From the NCBI GenBank assembly GCA_037439545.1, contig JBBIVV010000007.1:51530-70036 (forward strand): a stretch of 18,507 nt of DNA. Direction: 5' to 3'. Both the position numbers and the translations under genes were made by a program. Within the stretch, counting starts at the first letter, position 1, and each line of letters opens with the position of its first letter. The notes under the pieces are model-generated. The model had not been told where the DNA came from, did not search any database, and saw nothing but the letters and a program-made list of their open reading frames with translations. Of the stretch, positions 1 through 9,255 are shown one piece after another. Origin of the DNA: a bacterium. GTDB taxonomy: Bacteria > JAMCPX01.

Positions 1-169
1 ACAAGGCAACAGGATATAAACACAATTGCTCCAACCCCACAGTACCAGAACAGGGGGTTTTCAAGTCAGGCTGGCAGCCGGACAAACGATTTACAGGGCC
101 TCCGATAAAATCGGAATAATTTTATCAACTCCCTGAGTACTACATTTTTGATGAATGTGCACGGTTTCA

Positions 170-199
170 TTGACTACCCTCCGGTATAAGTGATAATTT
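170..199 (+). promoter_or_regulatory. Putative sigma70 promoter of glgC operon (-35 TTGACT 170-175; extended -10 TGnTAATTT 191-199)
   Basis: TTGACT, an 18-nt spacer, then TAATTT preceded by TG-n. An alternative -10 is GATAAT at 192-197 with a 16-nt spacer. It lies directly before ATG 207. Confidence 0.5.
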
Positions 200-206
200 A
201 ATCGTT

Positions 207-1439
207 ATGATTTCGAAGAAAGTGCTCGTCATGATCCTTGCCGGCGGGGAAGGCAAAAGATTGCATCCTCTTACCCAGGACAGGGCAAAGCCTGCTGTCC
301 CGTTCGGGGGCAGGTACAGGATTATCGATTTCGCCCTGAGCAATTTCATCAACTCAGGTTTTTATAAAATAAAGGTCTTGACGCAGTATAAATCAGAGTC
401 GCTCAACTCGCACATAGCAAGGGCATGGCACCTCTCTCCTTCGATAGGGCATTCCATTGATCTTGTTCCTGCTCAGATGCGCATAGGTAAAGACTGGTAC
501 AAGGGCACGGCGGATGCGGTTTATCAGAACATAAATCTCATCCACGACGAGAAACCGGACATCGTATGCATCTTTGGCGGGGACCATATCTATAAAATGG
601 ATGTCAGACAGATGATAGATTTTCATACAAAAAAGAATGCACAGATCACCGTGGAAACTGTTCCGTTCCCTTTAAAAGAAGCCAGCTCTTACGGCATAAT
701 AGAGATTGACAGGGACTACAATATAACGGGGTTCAAGGAGAAGCCGCAGCATCCGAAGCCGATGCCGAACAAGGCGGACATGGCTCTCTGTTCCATGGGT
801 AATTATGTTTTCAATACAGATGTGCTTTTGAAATTGCTTGCGGATGACGCAAAAAAAGAATCGAGCCATGATTTTGGCAGGGATCTCATTCCGTCCGCCG
901 TAAAGGCTTACCTTGTTAAGGCTTATGATTTTTCAAAAAACATAATTCCTGGAGAGGCAAAAGGATCAGCAGGATACTGGAGGGATGTCGGCGAAATAGA
1001 CAGCTACTGGCAGGCAAATATGGACCTCGTATCGGTTACCCCGAGACTGAATCTCTATAATTTCGAATGGCCTATAAGAACATTCTATCCCCCCTACCCT
1101 CCTGCAAAGTTCGTGTTTGCAGATGAAGAGACTAAAAGGATCGGTATAGCCACGGACTCTATGGTTGCCGAAGGCTCAATTATAAGCGGAGGCCAGATAA
1201 ACAGGACCGTTCTTTTCCCGGGCGTGAGAATAAATTCGTTTTCCACAGTAGAAGACTCGGTACTATTCGAAAGGGTTGACGTCGGCAGATATGCACGGGT
1301 CAGAAGGGCCATCATAGACAAGGACGTAAAGATCATGCCGAACGCAGCAATCGGATATGATCCTGATAAAGATAAAAAAAGATTCACTGTTTCCGAAAAC
1401 GGCATTCTCGTCATACCGAAAGGGACAGTCGTAAACTGA
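207..1439 (+). CDS. glgC: Glucose-1-phosphate adenylyltransferase (ADP-glucose pyrophosphorylase)
   Basis: Motifs LAGGEGKRLHPLT..RAKPAVPFGGRYRIIDF, WYKGTADAVYQN, GDHIYKMD, FKEKP and YWRDVG, plus a C-terminal hexapeptide beta-helix; 410 aa. Confidence 0.97.
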   Translation: MISKKVLVMILAGGEGKRLHPLTQDRAKPAVPFGGRYRIIDFALSNFINSGFYKIKVLTQYKSESLNSHIARAWHLSPSIGHSIDLVPAQMRIGKDWYKGTADAVYQNINLIHDEKPDIVCIFGGDHIYKMDVRQMIDFHTKKNAQITVETVPFPLKEASSYGIIEIDRDYNITGFKEKPQHPKPMPNKADMALCSMGNYVFNTDVLLKLLADDAKKESSHDFGRDLIPSAVKAYLVKAYDFSKNIIPGEAKGSAGYWRDVGEIDSYWQANMDLVSVTPRLNLYNFEWPIRTFYPPYPPAKFVFADEETKRIGIATDSMVAEGSIISGGQINRTVLFPGVRINSFSTVEDSVLFERVDVGRYARVRRAIIDKDVKIMPNAAIGYDPDKDKKRFTVSENGILVIPKGTVVN

Positions 1440-1440
1440 C

Positions 1441-3612
1441 ATGCCGGAATTTTACCTCTCATTCCTGTGGCACATGCACCAGCCGAGGTACAAAGACCCG
1501 TTTACTGAAAAATACACCCTGCCGTGGGTAAGGCTCCATGCAGTCAAGGCATACTACGACATGCCTTCTGTATTGAAAAATTATCCCGGCATAAAGGTCA
1601 ACATAAACCTCGTACCTTCGCTTGTCGAACAATGGGCGGATTATGCATCCGGGAATGCCGTCGATGTGTTCTACGAATACTCCCTAAAGCCTGCAGCAGA
1701 ACTGACCGGTGACGATAAGGCTTTCATGCTGAAGTATTTTTTCATGGGCAACTGGGAAACGATGATAAAGCCATATCACCGGTACTTCGAGCTTTTATTG
1801 AAACGCGGTAAAACAGTAAACGATGCCGATATAGAAAATGTGATGGGCACATTCAACAAACAGGATTATCTCGATCTTCAGGTATGGTTCAATCTTTCAT
1901 GGTTCGGCTTCACCGCACTCGCCGAATACACGGAACTTGGGAGGTTAAAAGAAAAAGAAAGAGATTTTACGGAACAGGACAAAAAATTCGTACTCGATAC
2001 GCAGTCCGGCATCATAAAGAAGCTGCTTCCCCTGTACAGGGAATTGAGCAAAAGCGGGCAGATAGAGATAACGACAAGTCCGTTCTATCATACAATCCTG
2101 CCGCTGCTCTATGACTCTGACACCGCGCGCAGGTCCATGCCTCATTCCGTCCTGCCGAAAAGGGTGGGATTTCCCGAAGACGCACTTGCACAGTTAAAAC
2201 TCGGCAGGCAGTTTATAATGGATCATCTCGGTGTTGCACCGAAGGGTCTCTGGCCGTCCGAGGGTTCCGTGTCACCTGAAATCATCCCTCTTGCTAAAGA
2301 GGCCGGGTTCGAATGGATGGTAACCGATGAAGAAATCCTGTTCGCATCCATAAACAAGCAGCGTTCCGGAGAGCTCCTGTATAAGCCCTACAACGCAAGC
2401 TACAGGGGCAGCAGTATCAACATACTTTTCAGGGACAAGGGCATTTCAAATTTTATAAGCTTCGATTGCGCCAGGTATGCGTTCAGGGAAGAGGCTGTGG
2501 AAGAGTTGAAAAGACAGGTTTTCGGCGCCAAAGATTATCTTTCGGATAAAAACATGGACGGCATTGCCGTGATAGCACTTGATGGAGAGAACCCATGGGA
2601 ATATTTTACCTACAGCGGCAAAAGGTTCCTCAACAATCTATATGATGCACTGAGCAAAAGCAAGGAGGTAAAAACAACGACCATATCATCTTATCTCGAG
2701 TCACATAAACCTGCGGACACGATAGAGAACCTGTACACGGGTTCATGGATCAATAAGCGTTTCGATATATGGATCGGTCAGGAGGAAAAGAACCTTGCAT
2801 GGGACTATCTCGGTTCGACAAGAGAGTATCTTAAAGAAAACAGCAAAGGGCTTTCCCATGAACAACTCAGCAATGCGCTGAAATACATCTATATCGCAGA
2901 GGGAAGCGATTGGTTCTGGTGGTATGGCGATACCTTTTATACGGTCAATGAAGAAGAATTCGACAGGTTATTCAGAAAGAACCTGAAAAAAGTCATAGAG
3001 CTTATAAAAAAGCCCATGCTCGATTTCCTCCATACTCCGGTCATAGCACTATCGGAAGCCCAAACCCATTCGCAGCCTCTGGATTTCATCACGCCCGTGC
3101 TTGACGGCGTGCCGACGGATTATTATGAATGGGAAGGAGGCGTCCTGTGCTACAGTACAAACAGTACTCACCATGCCGAAACCTTCGTGCACAAGATATA
3201 CTATGGTTTTGATCTGAATAATCTCTACCTGCGGATCGATCACAATATAGATAAGATCAGGAGCGAGAAATACAACATATATTTTGCAATAAACATCTTT
3301 GATCACAGCTTTGAATACCGGATTATCATACCCATTAAACACATCATCGATTCAAAACCGTATTATGAGCTCCATCATTCGAAGAACCAGATAACCTTCA
3401 ACTTCGTAAAGGTGAGCGATTCGATCGCAATAAAAAAGATCATCGAGTTGAAGGTCCCGTTTGCCGATATAGGCGGAACACCGGACATAAAACTCAACAT
3501 GATTATGAGTGCGAGGGACGGAGATATTGAACTGGAGAAGTACCCTTCAAAGGGCATTATCAGCTTTACCGTCCCTGATCGTGACTATACGAATAAAATG
3601 TGGAGCGTGTAA
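1441..3612 (+). CDS. Glycoside hydrolase family 57, amylopullulanase-like, with C-terminal beta-sandwich domain
   Basis: GH57 conserved regions WHMHQP, LPWVRLH, GLWPSEG (nucleophile Glu), ALDGENPWE (acid/base Asp) and AEGSDWFWWYG. No signal peptide. Starts 1 nt after the glgC stop. Confidence 0.9.
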   Translation: MPEFYLSFLWHMHQPRYKDPFTEKYTLPWVRLHAVKAYYDMPSVLKNYPGIKVNINLVPSLVEQWADYASGNAVDVFYEYSLKPAAELTGDDKAFMLKYFFMGNWETMIKPYHRYFELLLKRGKTVNDADIENVMGTFNKQDYLDLQVWFNLSWFGFTALAEYTELGRLKEKERDFTEQDKKFVLDTQSGIIKKLLPLYRELSKSGQIEITTSPFYHTILPLLYDSDTARRSMPHSVLPKRVGFPEDALAQLKLGRQFIMDHLGVAPKGLWPSEGSVSPEIIPLAKEAGFEWMVTDEEILFASINKQRSGELLYKPYNASYRGSSINILFRDKGISNFISFDCARYAFREEAVEELKRQVFGAKDYLSDKNMDGIAVIALDGENPWEYFTYSGKRFLNNLYDALSKSKEVKTTTISSYLESHKPADTIENLYTGSWINKRFDIWIGQEEKNLAWDYLGSTREYLKENSKGLSHEQLSNALKYIYIAEGSDWFWWYGDTFYTVNEEEFDRLFRKNLKKVIELIKKPMLDFLHTPVIALSEAQTHSQPLDFITPVLDGVPTDYYEWEGGVLCYSTNSTHHAETFVHKIYYGFDLNNLYLRIDHNIDKIRSEKYNIYFAINIFDHSFEYRIIIPIKHIIDSKPYYELHHSKNQITFNFVKVSDSIAIKKIIELKVPFADIGGTPDIKLNMIMSARDGDIELEKYPSKGIISFTVPDRDYTNKMWSV

Positions 3613-5735
3613 TGGACAAGCTGAATTTTCATTTTACTGTCCACTGCCATCAGCCTGTGGGCAACTTCGAGGGCGTATTCAGGGAAGCCTATGAAAAGAG
3701 TTACAAGCCTTTCATCAAAACTATTCTCAGGCATCCTGCCATAAAGTTCGGACTGCACCTGTCAGGCCCCGTATGGGATTGGATAGAAGAACATGAACCT
3801 GCATTTATAGCGGACATGGAAAAGCTCGTGGACAGGGGCCAGGTTGAATTGGTATCCGGCGGTTATTATGAGCCTATACTCGAGATACTGACCGGGCATG
3901 ATGCGACAGGACAGATTGAGATGATGAACAGCTTCATCAGGACAAGATTCAAGCAGAACCCAAAAGGTATATGGCTCACAGAAAGGGTATGGGATCCGTC
4001 GCTGCCGCTCCTGCTTTCGAAGCTCGGGATCAAATACACGACCGTCGACGACACACATTTCTACTATGCAGGACTTGATGAAAAGGACATACGCGGTTAC
4101 TTCATAACAGAGAGGGCGGGCAATCCGCTGAATATCTTCCCCATACAGAAGAAATTGAGATACGCGATACCGTTCAAAGAACCCGGACAGGTGATCGACA
4201 TCTTGAAATATTACAAGGATGCGGCAAACTTCGATTCCGTTACTTATGCAGATGACGGCGAAAAATTCGGTCTCTGGCCCGGTACCTATGACTGGGTGTT
4301 TAAAAACGGATGGCTCGAGCGTTTCTTCACGGAGCTTGAAAAGCATACCGGCTGGCTCAACATAACGACCCAGGGCGAATACCTGTCGTCACACGAGCCG
4401 GCAGGGAGAATCTACATACCTTCAGCCTCTTACGAGGAACTGCTCGAATGGGCGCTGCCGGTTGACATTATCGAGAGATTCAAAAACTTCGAGGCACTCC
4501 TGGATACTTCGGGGTTCAAGGAATACTACAAACCGTTTGTCAGGGGAGGGTTCTGGGACAATTTCCTTGTCAAATACCCGGAGAGCAACTGGATGCACAA
4601 GAGAATGCTGTACGTAAGCACCATGCTTTTAAATACGGAAAACAGGATAGGCATACCGCTCGATGACGCCAGGCATGAACTCTTCAAATCCCAGTCCAAC
4701 TGTACTTACTGGCACGGGTTGTTCGGCGGTGTTTACCTGAACTATTTAAGGCATGCCGTGTATGAACACCTCCTGAAAGCCGAGGAGATTATAGACGCAC
4801 ACAAACCCCAGTCCCACGGCGTATCCTGTGCTTCACAGGATATCGACCTCGACGGCATGCCGGAGATCGTCCTGAAGAATAAACACTTGTCGTTATACAT
4901 AGCCCCGTCAAAGGGAGGAGCGATACTCGAAATAGACCTCAGGGACCACCACTTCAACATTACCAATGTCATGACAAGACGCAGGGAAGCATATCATAAG
5001 CTTATCATGGAGAATCATGCATCCCCTGCTTCTGTAAATACCCCTGTTACGATACACGACATAGTAAATGCAAAAGAAGCGGGACTGGATCAAAAACTGA
5101 TTTATGACTGGCATCCGAGATATAGTTTTGTGGAGCATTTTCTTCCATCCAATGTGCTGGAACTGGACAGAATGTATAGGAATCAATACATAGATCTCGG
5201 TGATTTTACACTCGAACACCACACGCTCGTGAGGTATGAAGGCAATACCGTACTGCTTTCAAGGGATGGACACATTTTGTATAACAGCAGCAGGCTATCA
5301 TTGAGAATGGAGAAGAATTACCGGTTATTGGAAAAAAGAATCGAGACCGGCTACCGGCTCACCAATACATCGAAACAGCCTTTCAGCATGGCAATGCTCG
5401 TGGAGCTGAACCTGAGCCTGCTCGGTACCGATGGTCAGCGTTCCCTGGTGATCCATAGTTCTGATAAACACGAAACAAAAGGCATGTCTGATTTTATAAC
5501 CAGCGGCACGATTGACAGCTTTGAACTCATCGATACATGGCAGAAACTCGGGATAAAGGTGATAACGCCGTCGATAGCGTCATTCTTTGCATACCCTGTA
5601 GAAACGGTATCGGCATCGGAAAACGGTTTTGAGAGGACATATCAGGGAACGTGCTTTATGCTTGTTTACGGGCTTAATCTTGCACCGGGAGAAAGTAAAG
5701 GTATTTCCATACCAGTGGATTTTTACAATATATAA
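3612..5735 (+). CDS. GH57 alpha-amylase / 4-alpha-glucanotransferase (DUF1925/DUF1926-type C-terminal domains)
   Basis: HCHQPVGNF, GGYYEPIL, GIWLTERVW (Glu), DDGEKFGLWP (Asp), YWHGLFGGVYL and SENGFERTYQG. Start placed at ATG 3612 because of the TAATG stop/start overlap. Confidence 0.9.
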   Translation: MDKLNFHFTVHCHQPVGNFEGVFREAYEKSYKPFIKTILRHPAIKFGLHLSGPVWDWIEEHEPAFIADMEKLVDRGQVELVSGGYYEPILEILTGHDATGQIEMMNSFIRTRFKQNPKGIWLTERVWDPSLPLLLSKLGIKYTTVDDTHFYYAGLDEKDIRGYFITERAGNPLNIFPIQKKLRYAIPFKEPGQVIDILKYYKDAANFDSVTYADDGEKFGLWPGTYDWVFKNGWLERFFTELEKHTGWLNITTQGEYLSSHEPAGRIYIPSASYEELLEWALPVDIIERFKNFEALLDTSGFKEYYKPFVRGGFWDNFLVKYPESNWMHKRMLYVSTMLLNTENRIGIPLDDARHELFKSQSNCTYWHGLFGGVYLNYLRHAVYEHLLKAEEIIDAHKPQSHGVSCASQDIDLDGMPEIVLKNKHLSLYIAPSKGGAILEIDLRDHHFNITNVMTRRREAYHKLIMENHASPASVNTPVTIHDIVNAKEAGLDQKLIYDWHPRYSFVEHFLPSNVLELDRMYRNQYIDLGDFTLEHHTLVRYEGNTVLLSRDGHILYNSSRLSLRMEKNYRLLEKRIETGYRLTNTSKQPFSMAMLVELNLSLLGTDGQRSLVIHSSDKHETKGMSDFITSGTIDSFELIDTWQKLGIKVITPSIASFFAYPVETVSASENGFERTYQGTCFMLVYGLNLAPGESKGISIPVDFYNI

Positions 5736-5749
5736 ATATATGATAGTAT
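5722..5749 (+). promoter_or_regulatory. Possible internal promoter for galT-glgA-crp (TTTACA-16nt-TAGTAT with TGn extension)
   Basis: TTTACA 5722-5727, TG 5741-5742 and TAGTAT 5744-5749 lie in the only real intergenic gap of the operon. The SD GAGGAG is at 5756-5761. The region is AT-rich, so a chance match is possible. Confidence 0.3.
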
Positions 5750-5767
5750 GAAACAGAGGAGAATCGA

Positions 5768-6766
5768 ATGTCTGAACTAAGGAAAGACCCGATTTTAGGG
5801 AGATGGGTCATTATCTCTACCGAGAGATCGAAAAGGCCGTCCGATTTCAACAATAAGCATACAGAAAAGAATGAAAACGGCTTTTGTCCCTTCGATTACG
5901 GGAACGAAGACAAAACACCGCATGAAATCCTTGCAATAAGAAAAGACGGCAGTCATTCTGACAGGCCCGGGTGGACATTACGGGTGGTCCCGAACAAGTT
6001 TCCCGCGCTGCATATAGAGGGCGATCTGAACAGAGAGGGCGATGGTATGTACGATAAGATGGGCGGCATAGGCGCTCATGAGGTGATAATTGAAACACAG
6101 GAACATGACAGAATAATGTCTTCATTCTCAGTCCCCATGATGAACGACATTCTGTGGACGTACAGGGAAAGGATAAAGGATCTGAAAAGAGACAAAAGGT
6201 TCAAATATGTCCTTATCTTCAAAAATCACGGAGAAGCAGCAGGCGCATCTCTCGAGCATACACATTCACAGTTGATCGCACTGCCCATTATTCCCATAGC
6301 TGTAGAAGAAGAACTCCACGGCTCCAAGGACTATTATGAGTATAAAGAGCGATGCATATTCTGCGATATGATTCGGCAGGAAATAGCAGAAAAGGAAAGA
6401 CTGGTCACACAGAATACGGATTTTATCGCATTCGAGCCTTATGCATCGAGATTCCCATTCGAGACATGGGTACTGCCAAGAAGACATTTCTCCCATTATG
6501 AAGGCGCATCGGACAGCATGCTGGAAAGCTTATCCACAATCTTTCTTGAGGTCATAGGTAAAATTGACAAAGCTCTGGATCACCCGCCCTTTAATTTCAT
6601 ACTTCATACCGCACCTTTTTCCACGGATCAACTCGATCATTATCATTGGCACTTTGAAATAATCCCTATTCTCACGAAAGTGGCCGGATTTGAATGGGGG
6701 ACCGGATTCTTCATAAACCCGACGTCTCCCGAGGATGCAGCCTCCTATCTCAGGGAGATATCATGA
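5768..6766 (+). CDS. galT: GalT-family (HIT superfamily) hexose-1-phosphate nucleotidyltransferase
   Basis: ELRKDP..GRWVII, RSKRP, CPFD.GNE, RVVPNKFPAL, GAHEVIIET, FKNHG..AGASLEHTHSQ (HxHxQ), CIFC and AGFEWGTG; strong SD GAGGAG. Confidence 0.88.
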   Translation: MSELRKDPILGRWVIISTERSKRPSDFNNKHTEKNENGFCPFDYGNEDKTPHEILAIRKDGSHSDRPGWTLRVVPNKFPALHIEGDLNREGDGMYDKMGGIGAHEVIIETQEHDRIMSSFSVPMMNDILWTYRERIKDLKRDKRFKYVLIFKNHGEAAGASLEHTHSQLIALPIIPIAVEEELHGSKDYYEYKERCIFCDMIRQEIAEKERLVTQNTDFIAFEPYASRFPFETWVLPRRHFSHYEGASDSMLESLSTIFLEVIGKIDKALDHPPFNFILHTAPFSTDQLDHYHWHFEIIPILTKVAGFEWGTGFFINPTSPEDAASYLREIS

Positions 6767-8235
6767 TCATCGTCCATGCAGGCTCCGAGGTCGTTCCGTT
6801 TTCAAAGACAGGCGGACTTGCGGACGTACTCGGCGCACTGCCGCTTTCATTGGCTAAGAAGGGTCATGATGTTCTTATCATATCTCCGCTTTACCGATCC
6901 GTCATAGAAAAATTCAAACCGGAAAAACTGGCCCTGCCGCTGGAAATAAAGTTAAGCGATGAGACTGTGCATGCCGATATTTATTCAATCAGGATCAATG
7001 AACGTGCGACGGCATATTTCATTGCAAATGATTCATTATTTTTGAGAGACGGGCTTTATGTCGATAAAAACGGCATCGATTATGAAGACAATTCAAAAAG
7101 ATTTCTATTCTTTTCAAGGGCTGTCCTCGAGCTTATCAAAAATTTAAACATCAAACCCGGTGTCATACACAGCCATGACTGGCAGGCGGGATTCGTCCCC
7201 GTTTACATGAAAACGCTGTACAAGGATTATTTTAACGCCACGGCGTCCGTATTCACGATACATAATATAGGCTATCAGGGCACCTTCCGGCACCTTGACA
7301 TGCAATTAACAGGACTCGGATGGGAGTATTTCACGAGTGATTACCTTGAGTTTTACGGTAAGATAAGCTTTCTCAAGGCCGGTATCGTTTTTTCCGATGC
7401 AGTCACGACCGTCAGTCCGACTTACAGCAAGGAAATACTGGGACATGAGTTTGGTTATGGAATGGACGGCATATTGAAAACGAGGCAGTCCGATCTCTTC
7501 GGTATTCTGAACGGCGTCGATTATGAACAGTGGAACCCGGAACATGACAGGTTTATTCCACACCCTTATGGTATGGATACTCTGGAGTTGAAACAGGACA
7601 ATAAAACGACGCTTATCAGGATGTTCAATCTCGACAATAGCAATGCCCCGGTTATAGGCATGATAACAAGGCTTGCCCGGCAAAAAGGCATTGATTTTGT
7701 CATCGAGGCAATAGCCAGAATCATGGCAATGGGCTTTAAGCTTGTTCTGCTCGGCAGCGGTGATAAGCCCTACGAAAATAAAATCAAAGACATTGCGGAC
7801 AGGTATAAGGGAAGAGTCAGTGTAAAGATTGGTTTTGACAACAGTCTTGCACACCTCATAGAAGCAGGGAGCGATATGTTCCTCATGCCGTCCGTTTATG
7901 AGCCGTGCGGATTGAACCAGATGTACAGCCTCAAATACGGGACAGTACCTGTGGTGAGAGCGACAGGCGGTCTTAACGATACGATTATAGAGTATGAGCC
8001 GTCCCCGGAAAACGGCAATGGTTTTAAGTTCAAAGATCAGAGTGCGGATGCAATGCTCCCGGCATTAAAAGCAGCTATGGATGTTTACCAGGACAAACAG
8101 AGATGGCAGAGGCTCATAAAAGCATGCATGTCGTATGATTTTTCATGGGACAAGAGTGCTGCCGACTACGAACTTTTGTACAAAGCTTATACGATAAAAT
8201 CCTATTTACATGGATACAGTAGCCCACTTACTTAA
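6763..8235 (+). CDS. glgA: Glycogen/starch synthase, ADP-glucose type (GT5)
   Basis: SEVVPFSKTGGLADV (KTGG), HSHDWQAG, FTIHNIGYQG and MPSVYEPCGLNQMYS. Start ATG 6763 forms an ATGA overlap with the galT stop and has GGAGA upstream. Confidence 0.96.
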   Translation: MIIVHAGSEVVPFSKTGGLADVLGALPLSLAKKGHDVLIISPLYRSVIEKFKPEKLALPLEIKLSDETVHADIYSIRINERATAYFIANDSLFLRDGLYVDKNGIDYEDNSKRFLFFSRAVLELIKNLNIKPGVIHSHDWQAGFVPVYMKTLYKDYFNATASVFTIHNIGYQGTFRHLDMQLTGLGWEYFTSDYLEFYGKISFLKAGIVFSDAVTTVSPTYSKEILGHEFGYGMDGILKTRQSDLFGILNGVDYEQWNPEHDRFIPHPYGMDTLELKQDNKTTLIRMFNLDNSNAPVIGMITRLARQKGIDFVIEAIARIMAMGFKLVLLGSGDKPYENKIKDIADRYKGRVSVKIGFDNSLAHLIEAGSDMFLMPSVYEPCGLNQMYSLKYGTVPVVRATGGLNDTIIEYEPSPENGNGFKFKDQSADAMLPALKAAMDVYQDKQRWQRLIKACMSYDFSWDKSAADYELLYKAYTIKSYLHGYSSPLT

Positions 8236-8875
8236 AAAATTTCCCTTCTTTTACACTGTTTCCGATGTGCTGCTTGAAAAGGTCGGCAAAATTGGCATCG
8301 AGAAATCTTACACGAAGGATGAGTGCATATTCGATGAAGGGGAAAAGCCGGAGTCCATGGGACTGATCATAGAGGGAAGGATAAAGGTCGTTAAGCATTC
8401 ACCGGAAGGCAAGGACGTTATCGTACGCATTATTGATAAAGGCCAGATATTCGGTGAAGTGGCTGTTTTCGACAACAGGCCCTACCCCGCTTCTGCTGTT
8501 GCAATGGTCGATACGAGGGCATTTGTACTCGAGAGGCATAAACTGACAGACCTGCTCCACAGTGAGCCGCAAATAGCTCTTGACATTATCTCCGACCTTG
8601 GCAGGAAGTTGAGAGACCTGCTCGATACGGTCAAAAACATAGCTACCGAGCACGTCGACAAGCGGGTCGTATTCACGTTGCTGAAGATGTATGAGGCAAG
8701 CGGTAATCCCGTCCTGAAGATCAAGAGGCAGGACATCGCTGAGATGTGCGGTACAACCGTTGAAACGACCATACGGATCACGAGGGAACTCGAGAAGAAC
8801 GGCTTCATATCCACGGAACGGGGGGAAATAAAGCTCGCGGTCATCAGTGCCCTCAAAGAATACCTGAACAAATAA
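8210..8875 (+). CDS. Crp/Fnr family transcriptional regulator (Dnr/HcpR-like features)
   Basis: cNMP-binding beta-roll (IFDEGEKP...IFGEVAVFD..PYPASAVA) and C-terminal HTH RQDIAEMCGTTVETTIR. Overlaps glgA by 26 nt. Confidence 0.92.
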   Translation: MDTVAHLLKKFPFFYTVSDVLLEKVGKIGIEKSYTKDECIFDEGEKPESMGLIIEGRIKVVKHSPEGKDVIVRIIDKGQIFGEVAVFDNRPYPASAVAMVDTRAFVLERHKLTDLLHSEPQIALDIISDLGRKLRDLLDTVKNIATEHVDKRVVFTLLKMYEASGNPVLKIKRQDIAEMCGTTVETTIRITRELEKNGFISTERGEIKLAVISALKEYLNK

Positions 8876-9175
8876 CCGACAACCTATATGGAATGTTGGC
8901 CGACTGTAAGCAGTACACAACCACGGATGATTGCATAAAATTCAACTATGCCATAGCGAAGATAGTTTGCATCACCGGGTATTATTGATATGTCTACTTT
9001 TTTTGTCTATCGATGAACTTTTGAACCATGTAGCATTCAACATGTTCAATCCCCTTGCCGACGGAATTAAATCTTTTTATTCGGAATGATCCCCTAAAAC
9101 CGTAACAATAACCAGTATTTTCTACGATATTCAAACATCAGCGAAACGTTCCCATGTCGGCAACGCATATTACTG

Positions 9176-9229
9176 TTTATAAATATTTTACATGGAAGAA
9201 ATACACCGTTTACATGACAAACGTATCCT
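9176..9229 (+). promoter_or_regulatory. Putative OmpR/PhoB-family activated promoter, copy A
   Basis: TTTATA(9176), TTTACA(9187), GAAATA(9198) and TTTACA(9209) at exact 11-bp phase, then -10-like TATCCT at 9224-9229. Same layout as 10527-10580. Confidence 0.6.
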
Positions 9230-9255
9230 GATGGCAGGAAATACAATAGAGAACC

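Noticed and set aside
1..32. Possible divergent gene start on the - strand (GGAG-5nt-GTG TTT ATA...)
   Set aside because: Only about 7 codons are visible before the window edge, so it cannot be supported.
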